From NCBI GenBank assembly GCA_050633305.1, contig JBOEGF010000004.1, positions 416,878-480,877 of the forward strand: 64,000 nt of DNA. Reading direction: 5' to 3'. The first letter of the stretch is position 1. Each line of letters starts with the position of its first letter. This document shows positions 9,047 to 17,780 of the stretch, piece by piece. Source of the DNA: Nannocystales bacterium (GTDB taxonomy: Bacteria; Myxococcota_A; Polyangia; Nannocystales; Nannocystaceae). A program made the translations under genes and the position numbers. Under the pieces are notes generated by a model. It did no database searches and had not been told where the DNA came from. It worked only from the letters and a program-made list of their open reading frames with translations.

Positions 9047-12000
9047 ATGGCTCAACCGCCGAAGTCCGAGGACACCTCCTCGGACGAGATCAACGAATCC
9101 TCCCCTACCTCCTCTACCCCCGCTCCGGCTGACGAACCAGCCGCGCCGCAACCGGCGCCCGAACCTGCTGCAGCGTCCGAAGACGCCGCGGCACAGATCG
9201 ATTCCGCACCCGGCGACTCCGGAGGCGACGAAGTGTCGTCAGAAACATCCGCCGATCCCTCAGACGAGGCATCCGAGAGCGCTTCCGCCGAAACCTCGGA
9301 TGTCGCCGCCTCGAGCCCGGCTCCGATCGAGGACGCCGTCCACCCCGACGCTCCAGATGCGTCAACGCTCGCGACGTCCTTCGTCGAAATGGGGCTGCCC
9401 GCGCCGATGCTCGCGGCCCTCGAAAAACTCGGCTGGGGTGCGCCCACGAAAGTCCAAGCTGCCGCCTTCGGCCCTGCCTCCGCCGGCCGAGACGTGCTGG
9501 TTCAGTCGCAAACCGGGTCCGGAAAGACCGGTGCCTTCTGCTTGCCGTGGCTGGCCGGCCGGTTTCAGGACAAAGACCCCAAAGAGACGGGCGTCCAACT
9601 CCTGGTCATGACGCCGACTCGCGAGCTTGCCAAACAGGTGTGTGATCAGCTGGTCGGTCTGGCCGGCGAAACTCCCCTCACCCCGCTGCCCGTCTACGGC
9701 GGCACGCCGATCGGTCCGCAGTTCGACGCGCTCAAGCGAGGCGTCCACGCCGTGGTCGGTACCCCGGGGCGGATCCTGGATCACATCCGGCGCCGCACGC
9801 TGGACCTGTCCAAGGTTCAAACCGCCATCCTCGACGAAGCCGACGAGATGTTGTCGATGGGCTTCCTCGAGGACATCCACTCGATCCTCGACGCGTGCCA
9901 GAAGGATCGGCAGACGATGCTGTTCTCCGCGACTGTCCCCGCGGATATCGAGCGCATCGCCCGGCGGTACATGAAGAACCCGGAGTCCTTGAAGCTCTCC
10001 GGCGACGACATTGCCGCCTCGCTGATCGACCATACGTACTATTCGGTTCCGGGCAGTATGCGGACGCGCGACTTGATGAACTTCATCGCGCAAGAAGAGC
10101 CCGGCTCCACGCTGATCTTCTGCAATACCCGCGAAGAGACAAACCTCGTCGCGAACGTCCTGCGCAAGGAAGGGTTCAGCGCCGAGGCGATCAGCTCCGA
10201 CCTGTCTCAGGCTGCCCGAGAGCACGTCCTGGGCGCGATGCGTAAGGGACGACTTCGTTTCCTCGTCGCAACGGACGTCGCCAGCCGCGGCATTGACATC
10301 ACCCACATCAGCCACGTGGTGAACTACTCGTTCCCACAGAACGCCGAGAGCTACGTGCACCGCACGGGGCGAACCGGCCGTGCAGGACGGGCTGGCAAGG
10401 CTGTCAGCCTGATCGGCCCCCAGGACATGGGCAACTTCTACTATCTGAAGTTGGCCTACCCCTCGATCGAGTTCACCGAGAGCAAGCTGCCCGCGACTGA
10501 GGTCCTCGACGCTCGGCGCAATCAGACCAAGCTCGATCAGATCAGCAAGCGCTTCCCCGAGCTCGTCTCGGCGGACTGGCGACTGCTCGTACGGACGCTG
10601 TCCGCCGACCCCCGTGGAGAGCAGGTCATGGCGTACCTGCTCAGCGAGGCCATGAGCAGCCCCGACCCCGCGACCCAGGTTGCGCGGGACCTGCCCGAGG
10701 AGGAGGACGACGAGTACGCGGGCGGACGCGGGCGTCGCACGGGCGGCCGCGGAAGAGACCGCGACGGGGAACGCCCTCGATCCCGTGACCGGGAACGGTC
10801 CCGCGACGGGGAACGCTCCCGCGACGGGGAACGGTCCCGCGACGGGGAACGCTCCCGCGACGGGGAACGCTCCCGCGACGGGGAACGCTCCGGCCGTGGA
10901 GGCCGTACCCGAGACCGCGGACGTCGGCCTCGGCATGACGAGCCGAGTTCACACGGAAGCGAAGCTCCCGAGGAAGGCACCCGGCGGCGAAGCAGGCGAC
11001 GACGTCCCGACGCTGAGGATTCCTCGGCGGACCCCGCAAAGGCAGCTGGTGTTGTCGAGGCCGCCGCATCCGACGACACGGTCGAGCTCGAAACGGCTGC
11101 AGCAGCGCCGGACACCAGGCCGGCGGAGGCAACACCCGAGGTCGACGCTCTAGACGCCACTGCCGACACCGACGGACCCAGCACCGCCGAGGGCTCGGAG
11201 CGCTCCCAGGACTCCGAGGCAGCTCAGACGGCCCAAGGTTCGGACGAGGCGTCGGCGGAGGCATCCGGGGACCCGTCTGAGGGCCCATCTGGGGGGCGAG
11301 GTCGGCGCCGCCGTCGTGGTCGCCGTCGTGGCGGACGTGACGGCGCTCCTCGAGAGGCCGCATCCGACGGCGAGACCACCGAAGGCGATGGCGAAGACGA
11401 GGATCGGACGCCGGAGCAGGAGAGCGGCCCCACCGGTCCTGCCCCTGCCCCTGCCGTCGCAGCTGCCGCCAATGATCCAGAAGGCGACACCGAGGTCTCC
11501 CCCGACGCCGTCCCCCAGGGAGACGCAGCCGAAGGCGAACCCGTGGAACTCACCGCAGCGCCGAGCGAGGCCACCGAAGGCCTGCAGGAGACCGACGAAG
11601 GCATCAGCGCTCGCGGACGTCGCCGTCGTCGCCGGCGTCGCAGGCGCGGACGCGGCAAGGGTGACGAGCAAGGCGCTCAGGACGCGAACGGTGGGGATGC
11701 CGAGTCTGCCGAGGCGAGCGGCTCCGCGCCCGTCTCCGCCGACTCGGCGGACTCCGAGGGCACCACCGAGGACGATGCGAACGGCAAACGCCGTCGCCGT
11801 CGCCGTCGCGGAGGTCGTGGCAAGAAGCCCGAGGCCGAGCCCGTCGAGCAGCACGTCTCCCAGGACCAGATCATCATCGATATCGATGAGAACGAGCTCG
11901 AAGTCGTTCGTGACGAGTTTGGCGAGATCGACGAACTCGACGACCTGACGCTCAAAGGTCGCCGCCGGGGGGTCATCGACGCCCTTCAGGACGAAGTCGA

Positions 12001-13003
12001 ACTCGAGGACATGTCGGCCGAGGATACTCCCCCGGCCGCCACGTCAGAGGACAGCGCGGCAACGGACGCCGCGGATGACGACACAACCGAGGACGGAGAC
12101 GAGGACGGTGATGAAGTCGCCGCCGACGGTGAGTCCTCCGAGGACGTTGACGAGAAAGAAGCGAAGAAGCGAAAGCGACGTCGCCGACGACGGAAGAAGA
12201 AGCCCGCCGAGGAGCAGGTCGCACCTGAGCTGACGGCGCCTCCGCACAAAGACTTCTGGGAGGTCTGGTCGACCAAGTTCACGTTCCGCGAGTTCGAGGA
12301 CGACCAGTTCCGCGGCGGGACCGAAGCGATCGCTGATGAGCCCGAGCCCGAGCCCGAACCCGAATCGGCGGCTGAGTCCACCGGGGAGCCCAGGCGGAAG
12401 CGTCGCTCCCGTCGGGGTGGAGGCGACCGCAGTCGAGGCGACCGCAGCGGCGGAGGCGAGCGCAGTACACGAACCGTGGTCAACGGCAGCGGGAGCACCC
12501 GAGACCCCGCCAAGATCGGAGCCGACGACGGCCCGATGGTCACCGTCGCTCTGAACGTCGGCCGCACCCACGGCAAGAAGTCGGCGCACGTCCGCGAGCT
12601 GCTCGCCTCGGACTTCGGCCTCGAGGGACGCTCCGTCCGGAACCTGACGGTCAAGGAAACGCTCACGGAGTTCCGCGTCTCGGTCACGGCGTTCGAGAGC
12701 CTCAAGGCTGCGGTCCTCGGCTATGTGTTCGACGACATCGAGCTCGAGCTCACCGTCGTCGAAGCTCCCGAACTTGAGCCAGCCCCGGCCAGCACCACCG
12801 AAGCGGGGTCCGCCGAGAGCGAGACGGCGAGCGAGTCCCCGGAACCTGGCCAGGACCCGGTTCAGGACCCGGAACAAGACCCGGTTCAGGACCCGGTTCA
12901 GGACCAGCCGCAGGCACAAGAAGCCGACGCAGCTGTCCCTGATGCGGCCGTGCTCGCCACTGCCCCTGAGGGCGACGGCGAACCTCCCCAACCCGAGGTT
13001 TGA
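9047..13003 (+). CDS. DEAD-box RNA helicase (DeaD/CsdA-like) with very long acidic/Arg-block disordered regions and a C-terminal DbpA-type RNA-binding domain
   Basis: Q motif PTKVQ, QTGSGKT, PTRELA, TPGR, DEAD, SAT, HRTGRTGRAG; late LNVGRTHG...VRNLTV resembles a DbpA RBD; AGGA RBS upstream. Confidence 0.93.
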   Translation: MAQPPKSEDTSSDEINESSPTSSTPAPADEPAAPQPAPEPAAASEDAAAQIDSAPGDSGGDEVSSETSADPSDEASESASAETSDVAASSPAPIEDAVHPDAPDASTLATSFVEMGLPAPMLAALEKLGWGAPTKVQAAAFGPASAGRDVLVQSQTGSGKTGAFCLPWLAGRFQDKDPKETGVQLLVMTPTRELAKQVCDQLVGLAGETPLTPLPVYGGTPIGPQFDALKRGVHAVVGTPGRILDHIRRRTLDLSKVQTAILDEADEMLSMGFLEDIHSILDACQKDRQTMLFSATVPADIERIARRYMKNPESLKLSGDDIAASLIDHTYYSVPGSMRTRDLMNFIAQEEPGSTLIFCNTREETNLVANVLRKEGFSAEAISSDLSQAAREHVLGAMRKGRLRFLVATDVASRGIDITHISHVVNYSFPQNAESYVHRTGRTGRAGRAGKAVSLIGPQDMGNFYYLKLAYPSIEFTESKLPATEVLDARRNQTKLDQISKRFPELVSADWRLLVRTLSADPRGEQVMAYLLSEAMSSPDPATQVARDLPEEEDDEYAGGRGRRTGGRGRDRDGERPRSRDRERSRDGERSRDGERSRDGERSRDGERSRDGERSGRGGRTRDRGRRPRHDEPSSHGSEAPEEGTRRRSRRRRPDAEDSSADPAKAAGVVEAAASDDTVELETAAAAPDTRPAEATPEVDALDATADTDGPSTAEGSERSQDSEAAQTAQGSDEASAEASGDPSEGPSGGRGRRRRRGRRRGGRDGAPREAASDGETTEGDGEDEDRTPEQESGPTGPAPAPAVAAAANDPEGDTEVSPDAVPQGDAAEGEPVELTAAPSEATEGLQETDEGISARGRRRRRRRRRRGRGKGDEQGAQDANGGDAESAEASGSAPVSADSADSEGTTEDDANGKRRRRRRRGGRGKKPEAEPVEQHVSQDQIIIDIDENELEVVRDEFGEIDELDDLTLKGRRRGVIDALQDEVELEDMSAEDTPPAATSEDSAATDAADDDTTEDGDEDGDEVAADGESSEDVDEKEAKKRKRRRRRRKKKPAEEQVAPELTAPPHKDFWEVWSTKFTFREFEDDQFRGGTEAIADEPEPEPEPESAAESTGEPRRKRRSRRGGGDRSRGDRSGGGERSTRTVVNGSGSTRDPAKIGADDGPMVTVALNVGRTHGKKSAHVRELLASDFGLEGRSVRNLTVKETLTEFRVSVTAFESLKAAVLGYVFDDIELELTVVEAPELEPAPASTTEAGSAESETASESPEPGQDPVQDPEQDPVQDPVQDQPQAQEADAAVPDAAVLATAPEGDGEPPQPEV
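10781..10891. repeat. 18-bp tandem repeat x6 encoding SRDGER
   Basis: tcccgcgacggggaacg(c/g) units, near identical. Confidence 0.95.
12851..12906. repeat. 12-bp tandem repeat x4-5 encoding QDPV/QDPE
   Basis: caggacccggtt-type units. Confidence 0.9.
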
Positions 13004-13962
13004 CGAAGGCCAGCATGCCTCGGGAGGACACGCTCAGACCGTACTTGTCCCCCGAGGCGTTGGCGCAGCGCGTCGAAGCGGTGGCGGACACGCTCGGCGC
13101 TGAGGTTCGGACGTACGGCAGATCGGTCCGTGGTCGAGCGCTGGAGGCCGTGCGCGTCCCGGGCCTGGTACCGGGGCTGCCGCGGGTGCTGTGCTCGGCG
13201 AACATCCATGGACCAGAGTTCATCGGAGCCATGACCGCCCTCGCGGTCCTGGCCTCGGCCGATGGCGACTGGAGGATCCGCAGCCGAGCGGAGCTGTGGG
13301 TCATCCCCTGCCTCAACCCGGACGGGTACGCGCGAACCTGGGAGGCCGGCGGCCAAGGGCCGCTCTCCGATCTTCGAACAAATGCGAACGGAGTCGACCT
13401 CAACCGCAACTTCCCACGGCCGGCGCCCTCCCCGTCCTGGCTCCCCGGCGCGGGCTCCGAACGCCAGGGAGACGCGACGTACCGAGGCCTCCGGCCGCTG
13501 AGTGAGCCTGAGACCGCGCACCTCGACGCGCTGTGCACCGAGCAGTCCTTCCACGCGAGTGCCAATCTGCATTCGTTCATGGGGACGGTGATCCCCGCGA
13601 GTGTCCGGGACACGGAGGCGTTCGGAACCTACAAGGAGCTGGCCTCGGCACTGGCGGGAGCCCAGTGCCACACCCGGTACCGCCGCTTGTCCTCCCGTTT
13701 GCTCGACGTGTTCACAGGTGAGCAAGAGGATCACCAGCACCACGCGCACCGGACCTGGGCGGTCTGCGTGGAGAACTTCCCGTGGCTCGCCAGCATGCGA
13801 CAACACCTGCGTGCCCCCAGCACTTTTTGGCGTTTCAACCCCCGTCGACCGCAGACCTGGATCGACAACGACGTCCCAGGGATTCAAGCGTACTTCGACG
13901 CCGCGCTGAAACGGGATCGCCCGAACTCCCCCCCGGTGGGGGAGGCGCTCACCGCAGGGTAG
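13000..13962 (+). CDS. M14 family zinc carboxypeptidase
   Basis: HxxE (IHGPE), NPDG, RTNANGVDLNRNFP, LHSF; start TTG 13000 (overlap) or ATG 13015. Confidence 0.9.
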   Translation: MTKASMPREDTLRPYLSPEALAQRVEAVADTLGAEVRTYGRSVRGRALEAVRVPGLVPGLPRVLCSANIHGPEFIGAMTALAVLASADGDWRIRSRAELWVIPCLNPDGYARTWEAGGQGPLSDLRTNANGVDLNRNFPRPAPSPSWLPGAGSERQGDATYRGLRPLSEPETAHLDALCTEQSFHASANLHSFMGTVIPASVRDTEAFGTYKELASALAGAQCHTRYRRLSSRLLDVFTGEQEDHQHHAHRTWAVCVENFPWLASMRQHLRAPSTFWRFNPRRPQTWIDNDVPGIQAYFDAALKRDRPNSPPVGEALTAG

Positions 13963-14012
13963 TCGCTGCAACCCCACCCGCGCTCCCTTCCGGAAGCCAG
14001 GCGCTGCTCAGC

Positions 14013-15851
14013 TCACTTGCCGAACGGGTCTTTGAGGTCGCCGGAGATGTCGTTGCCCTTCTTCTTCTTTTTCTTCGCAGAAGCGGGCGGTTTCTCGGGC
14101 GGGTGCGACGTGGGCTCGGGCTTGGTCGGGGTCTCGGAGACCGCCGTGGTGCCCTTCTTCTTGGACCCTTTGGTGCGGCCCTTCTTGCGTCGCTTCGGCG
14201 GCGTCACGACCGGCACCGCGGAGGTGGCCTTGGACAAGGTGACCTCGACTTTTTTGTCCTTGTCGGGGATGACGTCCGTCAAGAAGTCCTCGTAGCCCTC
14301 GGCACGGACGTAGACATCGAACGACTCGCTCGACAACGGCATGGAGATCGGTTCGTTGGTCTTGCCGAGCGTGCTGTCGTCGCGGTTGTCGTAGACGGTG
14401 CCCTCAACCCCCGGGGTGCTGACGGTGATGCTCACCGTGGTGGCGCCAAGCGGCGGAGGAGTCCCGCTGTCGGGGTCTGCGCCGAGCGAGTCGGCCCCCG
14501 CCGCCGCACTGTCGTTGGCGTCGCCGGCACTGGGGTCCTTGGGATTCCCGGAGTCAGGAGGAGCCCCGGCAGACTCGCCTGCCGACACCGCCACGACCGT
14601 GTCGGGCTGCGGGGCGTCGGTCCCATCGGCTCCATCGTCACCAGCCATCTTCGAGGCTGCAAACGCGGCACCGCCCAACAGCAGCGCGGCGACCAGACCA
14701 ATGCCGACGTACATGCCGGTCTTGGAACCTACGGGTTCCTCGTCGTCATAGACGTCGCTGACAGGGCGATTCTTGAAAGAGGTCTCGCCGCCCGCGGGTA
14801 AGGCGACGACCTCGTCGACGACACTCACCGCCGCCGAGCCACTGCCGACCTTGTCGATGGCGGCGCCCATCTCTTCCATGGACTGGAAGCGATACTCACG
14901 GTCCTTCTGCAGCGCCTTGAGGATGATCGCCTCGACCTGCTCCGGAACATCGATCGACGGCGCCACGGTGCTCGGCGCCGCAGGGGGCTCGAACATGTGC
15001 TTGGTCAGGATGCCCATGAAGGTGTCCGCGGTGAACGGCACCCTTCCGGTGAGCAACTCGTACAGGATGATTCCGAGCGCGTAGACGTCGACACGGTGGT
15101 CGACCTTCTCGCCCTTGGCCTGCTCGGGCGACATGTACTCGGGCGTCCCGAAGATCATCCCGGTACGGGTGAGGTTCTTGCCTCCCCCCTCGCCTTCGTC
15201 GCTGGTGACCTTCGCGATGCCGAAGTCGAGAACCTTGATGAAGTCCGAGTTGCTGCCTCGCTTGATACGAAAGCAGTTGTCCGGCTTCATGTCGCGGTGA
15301 ACGATGCCCGCCTCGTGCGCGCACTTCAGCGCTTCCACGATTTGAAGCATGATCGGCTTCACCCGTGCCCAGGGCAGCGGGCCGGTGTTCTTGATGGTGT
15401 CGGAGAGGTCCTCGCCGTTGAGGAACTCCATGACGAAGAAGACCGAACCGCCCGGCGTCGAGCCGAAGTCGGTGATCTCGACCACGTTCTCCTGGTCGAT
15501 CATCGAGGCCGCGCGCGCCTCTTGCAAGAATCGGTCGACGAGGTCCTGTTTATGCGAGAACTCCGGACTGAGGACCTTGATCGCCAGCCGCTTGTTGATC
15601 GTGGTGTGCTCGGCGAGATAGACGGTCCCCATCCCGCCCTCTCCCAGCTTCTTCACGACGCGATAGCGGTCGGCCAACACGGTGTCGACCAGGTCGACGC
15701 TCACCGCGCTCGAAGGGGAGGCAGCCACCGCGGCAGGCGCTCCTGGAGGGGGCGTCCCGATCGGCGGGGGCGCAGACGGGCTGTGACCTGCGATCATCGT
15801 GGCGCCCCCGGTCGGGGGCCCGCCATCGGGCTTTTTCGGTGCGTTGGACAC
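14013..15851 (-). CDS. Membrane Ser/Thr protein kinase with periplasmic PEGA-like domain
   Basis: GEGGMGTVY, AIK, HRDMKPDN, DFG, GTPEYMSPE, TM helix. Confidence 0.95.
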   Translation of the reverse strand: MSNAPKKPDGGPPTGGATMIAGHSPSAPPPIGTPPPGAPAAVAASPSSAVSVDLVDTVLADRYRVVKKLGEGGMGTVYLAEHTTINKRLAIKVLSPEFSHKQDLVDRFLQEARAASMIDQENVVEITDFGSTPGGSVFFVMEFLNGEDLSDTIKNTGPLPWARVKPIMLQIVEALKCAHEAGIVHRDMKPDNCFRIKRGSNSDFIKVLDFGIAKVTSDEGEGGGKNLTRTGMIFGTPEYMSPEQAKGEKVDHRVDVYALGIILYELLTGRVPFTADTFMGILTKHMFEPPAAPSTVAPSIDVPEQVEAIILKALQKDREYRFQSMEEMGAAIDKVGSGSAAVSVVDEVVALPAGGETSFKNRPVSDVYDDEEPVGSKTGMYVGIGLVAALLLGGAAFAASKMAGDDGADGTDAPQPDTVVAVSAGESAGAPPDSGNPKDPSAGDANDSAAAGADSLGADPDSGTPPPLGATTVSITVSTPGVEGTVYDNRDDSTLGKTNEPISMPLSSESFDVYVRAEGYEDFLTDVIPDKDKKVEVTLSKATSAVPVVTPPKRRKKGRTKGSKKKGTTAVSETPTKPEPTSHPPEKPPASAKKKKKKGNDISGDLKDPFGK

Positions 15852-15884
15852 GGGAAGCGTCGAAATCGAATCGTAGCCTACTTT

Positions 15885-17645
15885 TTACCCGAAGGGGTTT
15901 CGTAGGTCGCCGTCATGCGTGGGCTTGGCCGGCGGGGGGGGAGGCTTGGGTGGCTCCGCAGGCTTGGACGTGCTCGCGGGCTTCGGGGTCTCATCGGTGC
16001 CCGTGGCTTTCTTCTCGCGCGGTTTGCTCGGCTTGCGCGGGTCGGAGCCAGGACGGCGGGGGGAACGCTTCCGCGCTGTGTGCGGTTTGCCCTCGGGATC
16101 GGCCGTTTGTGGTGGAGTCTCGCCGGGGATCTCCGCCGTTGCGGTGCTTGAATCTGGCTTGTCCGGTCCACCTTCGGGAAGAACGGACGCGCCACCGGGG
16201 GGGGTCTGTTCAACCCCCTCGCTTTTGCCTCCAGGGGAGGCTTTTTGCACCTGGAGGGCGGCTGCGTCCTCGGGGTCTTCGGGAACCGGCGCCGCGACGA
16301 TTTCGATCTCGGCTTCGGCCGCGGCCTCGGCCTCGGCCTCATCCCTTGAGGTCGAAGCGGGCGCATGTCGCTGGAAGCCTCCGGACATCGAGTACGCGCC
16401 GATCGTTCCCGCGGAAACGAGCAGCGCCGTCGCGGCCACGACCCATGGCACCGGGCTTCCGCGGGTCGGCACGCGAGCGGCAAACTCGAGGTCTGAGGTG
16501 TCGGCCGGCGGCACCGCGGACGGAGGAGGTTCGGCGGGCTGCGCCGAGCTCTGCGTCTCGGGGTTCCACGGCATCTGGCCATCCGCCCAGGGCTTGGTGG
16601 GCGGAGGCGGCAGAGATGGTGTTTGGACGATCCCCCCGGAGCCGATGTTGAGCGTCGACTTGACGACCCGCTCCGCGGTCTCTTGGCCGAGATCGGCCGC
16701 AAACGCCTGCTGGAGCAAGACCGCAACCTCCGCGGCGTTGCCAGGACGGTCGGCGCGGACCTTGGCCATGAGCCGCTCGATCAGGGCCTGTGTTTGCACG
16801 AGCCCGGCGAGGTCGGGGTTGACCAACGTCATCTTCGGGGTCGGACCATGGAGCTGACTCTGCATGGTGACCGCGACGTCATCCGAGCGATACGGGACGG
16901 CGGCGGTGAGCAGCTCGAACAGGATGATGCCGAGCGCGTAAAGATCGGCCCCCGCGTCCACGGAGTCGCCGCGGACCTGCTCGGGAGACATGTACTCTGG
17001 AGTGCCGAGCACCGCCCCCGCGACGGTGATCCGGTTTCCCGCTCGGGCGACGCCAAAGTCGATCAGCTTCACCACCGGCTCCTTCCCGTTCTTCGGATCG
17101 CAGATGAAGATGTTCTGTGGTTTGAGGTCGCGGTGGACGACGCCCGTCTCGTGGGAATGGTCGAGCCCTTGGCAAATCTGGAGCGCCACGCCCAGGGCGG
17201 TCTCTGCCGAGAACGCCCCCTTCGAGTCGATCGCCTCGGCCAGGGTTTGGCCGCGCAGCAGCTCCATCACGCAAAATGCCCCGCCGTCGGGCGTCTCACC
17301 GTAGTCGCTGATGTCGACCACGTTGGGGTGCTTGATGCTCGAGACAATCTGCGCCTCGCGAAGGAAACGACGAATGACCTCTTCGTCGTTTCGGAGTTCG
17401 TGGCGGACCACCTTGGCAGCCAGCGACTTGCCGATCATCGTGTGCGTGATCTTGTAGACGTGGGCCATGCCGCCCTCGCCGATCAACGCGTCGATGCGGT
17501 AGCGTCGGTCGAGGACATCTCCGATCCGGGACTCACCGTCCTTCACCGGCTCAGCAGTGGTCGCAGGAGCCAGCGAAGTACCGTCCATGGGACAGAAACC
17601 CTCCGCAACGGGGTAGGTCCTGCCGCATTCACGGCACATCAGCAT
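15885..17645 (-). CDS. Membrane Ser/Thr protein kinase with N-terminal zinc ribbon
   Basis: CRECG...FCPMDG; GEGGMAHVY, HRDLKPQN, DFG, GTPEYMSPE; TM; Pro-rich tail. Confidence 0.95.
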   Translation of the reverse strand: MLMCRECGRTYPVAEGFCPMDGTSLAPATTAEPVKDGESRIGDVLDRRYRIDALIGEGGMAHVYKITHTMIGKSLAAKVVRHELRNDEEVIRRFLREAQIVSSIKHPNVVDISDYGETPDGGAFCVMELLRGQTLAEAIDSKGAFSAETALGVALQICQGLDHSHETGVVHRDLKPQNIFICDPKNGKEPVVKLIDFGVARAGNRITVAGAVLGTPEYMSPEQVRGDSVDAGADLYALGIILFELLTAAVPYRSDDVAVTMQSQLHGPTPKMTLVNPDLAGLVQTQALIERLMAKVRADRPGNAAEVAVLLQQAFAADLGQETAERVVKSTLNIGSGGIVQTPSLPPPPTKPWADGQMPWNPETQSSAQPAEPPPSAVPPADTSDLEFAARVPTRGSPVPWVVAATALLVSAGTIGAYSMSGGFQRHAPASTSRDEAEAEAAAEAEIEIVAAPVPEDPEDAAALQVQKASPGGKSEGVEQTPPGGASVLPEGGPDKPDSSTATAEIPGETPPQTADPEGKPHTARKRSPRRPGSDPRKPSKPREKKATGTDETPKPASTSKPAEPPKPPPPPAKPTHDGDLRNPFG

Positions 17646-17780
17646 CGAACCGGTAGCGTAGCAGGAGCCGCCCCTGCCCGCTCATCTTCGAGAGCATTCG
17701 GAAAGCGCGCAGACGTCGCGTACGGTTCCGCGCTGACAGAGACGCTTTCGAGCGTCGTACACTCTGCGCCGCTCCGATCC

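Noticed and set aside
10781..10891. Repeat array as a possible CRISPR
   Set aside because: Head-to-tail 18-bp units without spacers, in frame within a CDS, and no cas genes
16623..17780. Apparent ~390-aa N-terminal extension of HutH
   Set aside because: It overlaps the minus-strand kinase antisense; HAL homology begins near ATG 17781
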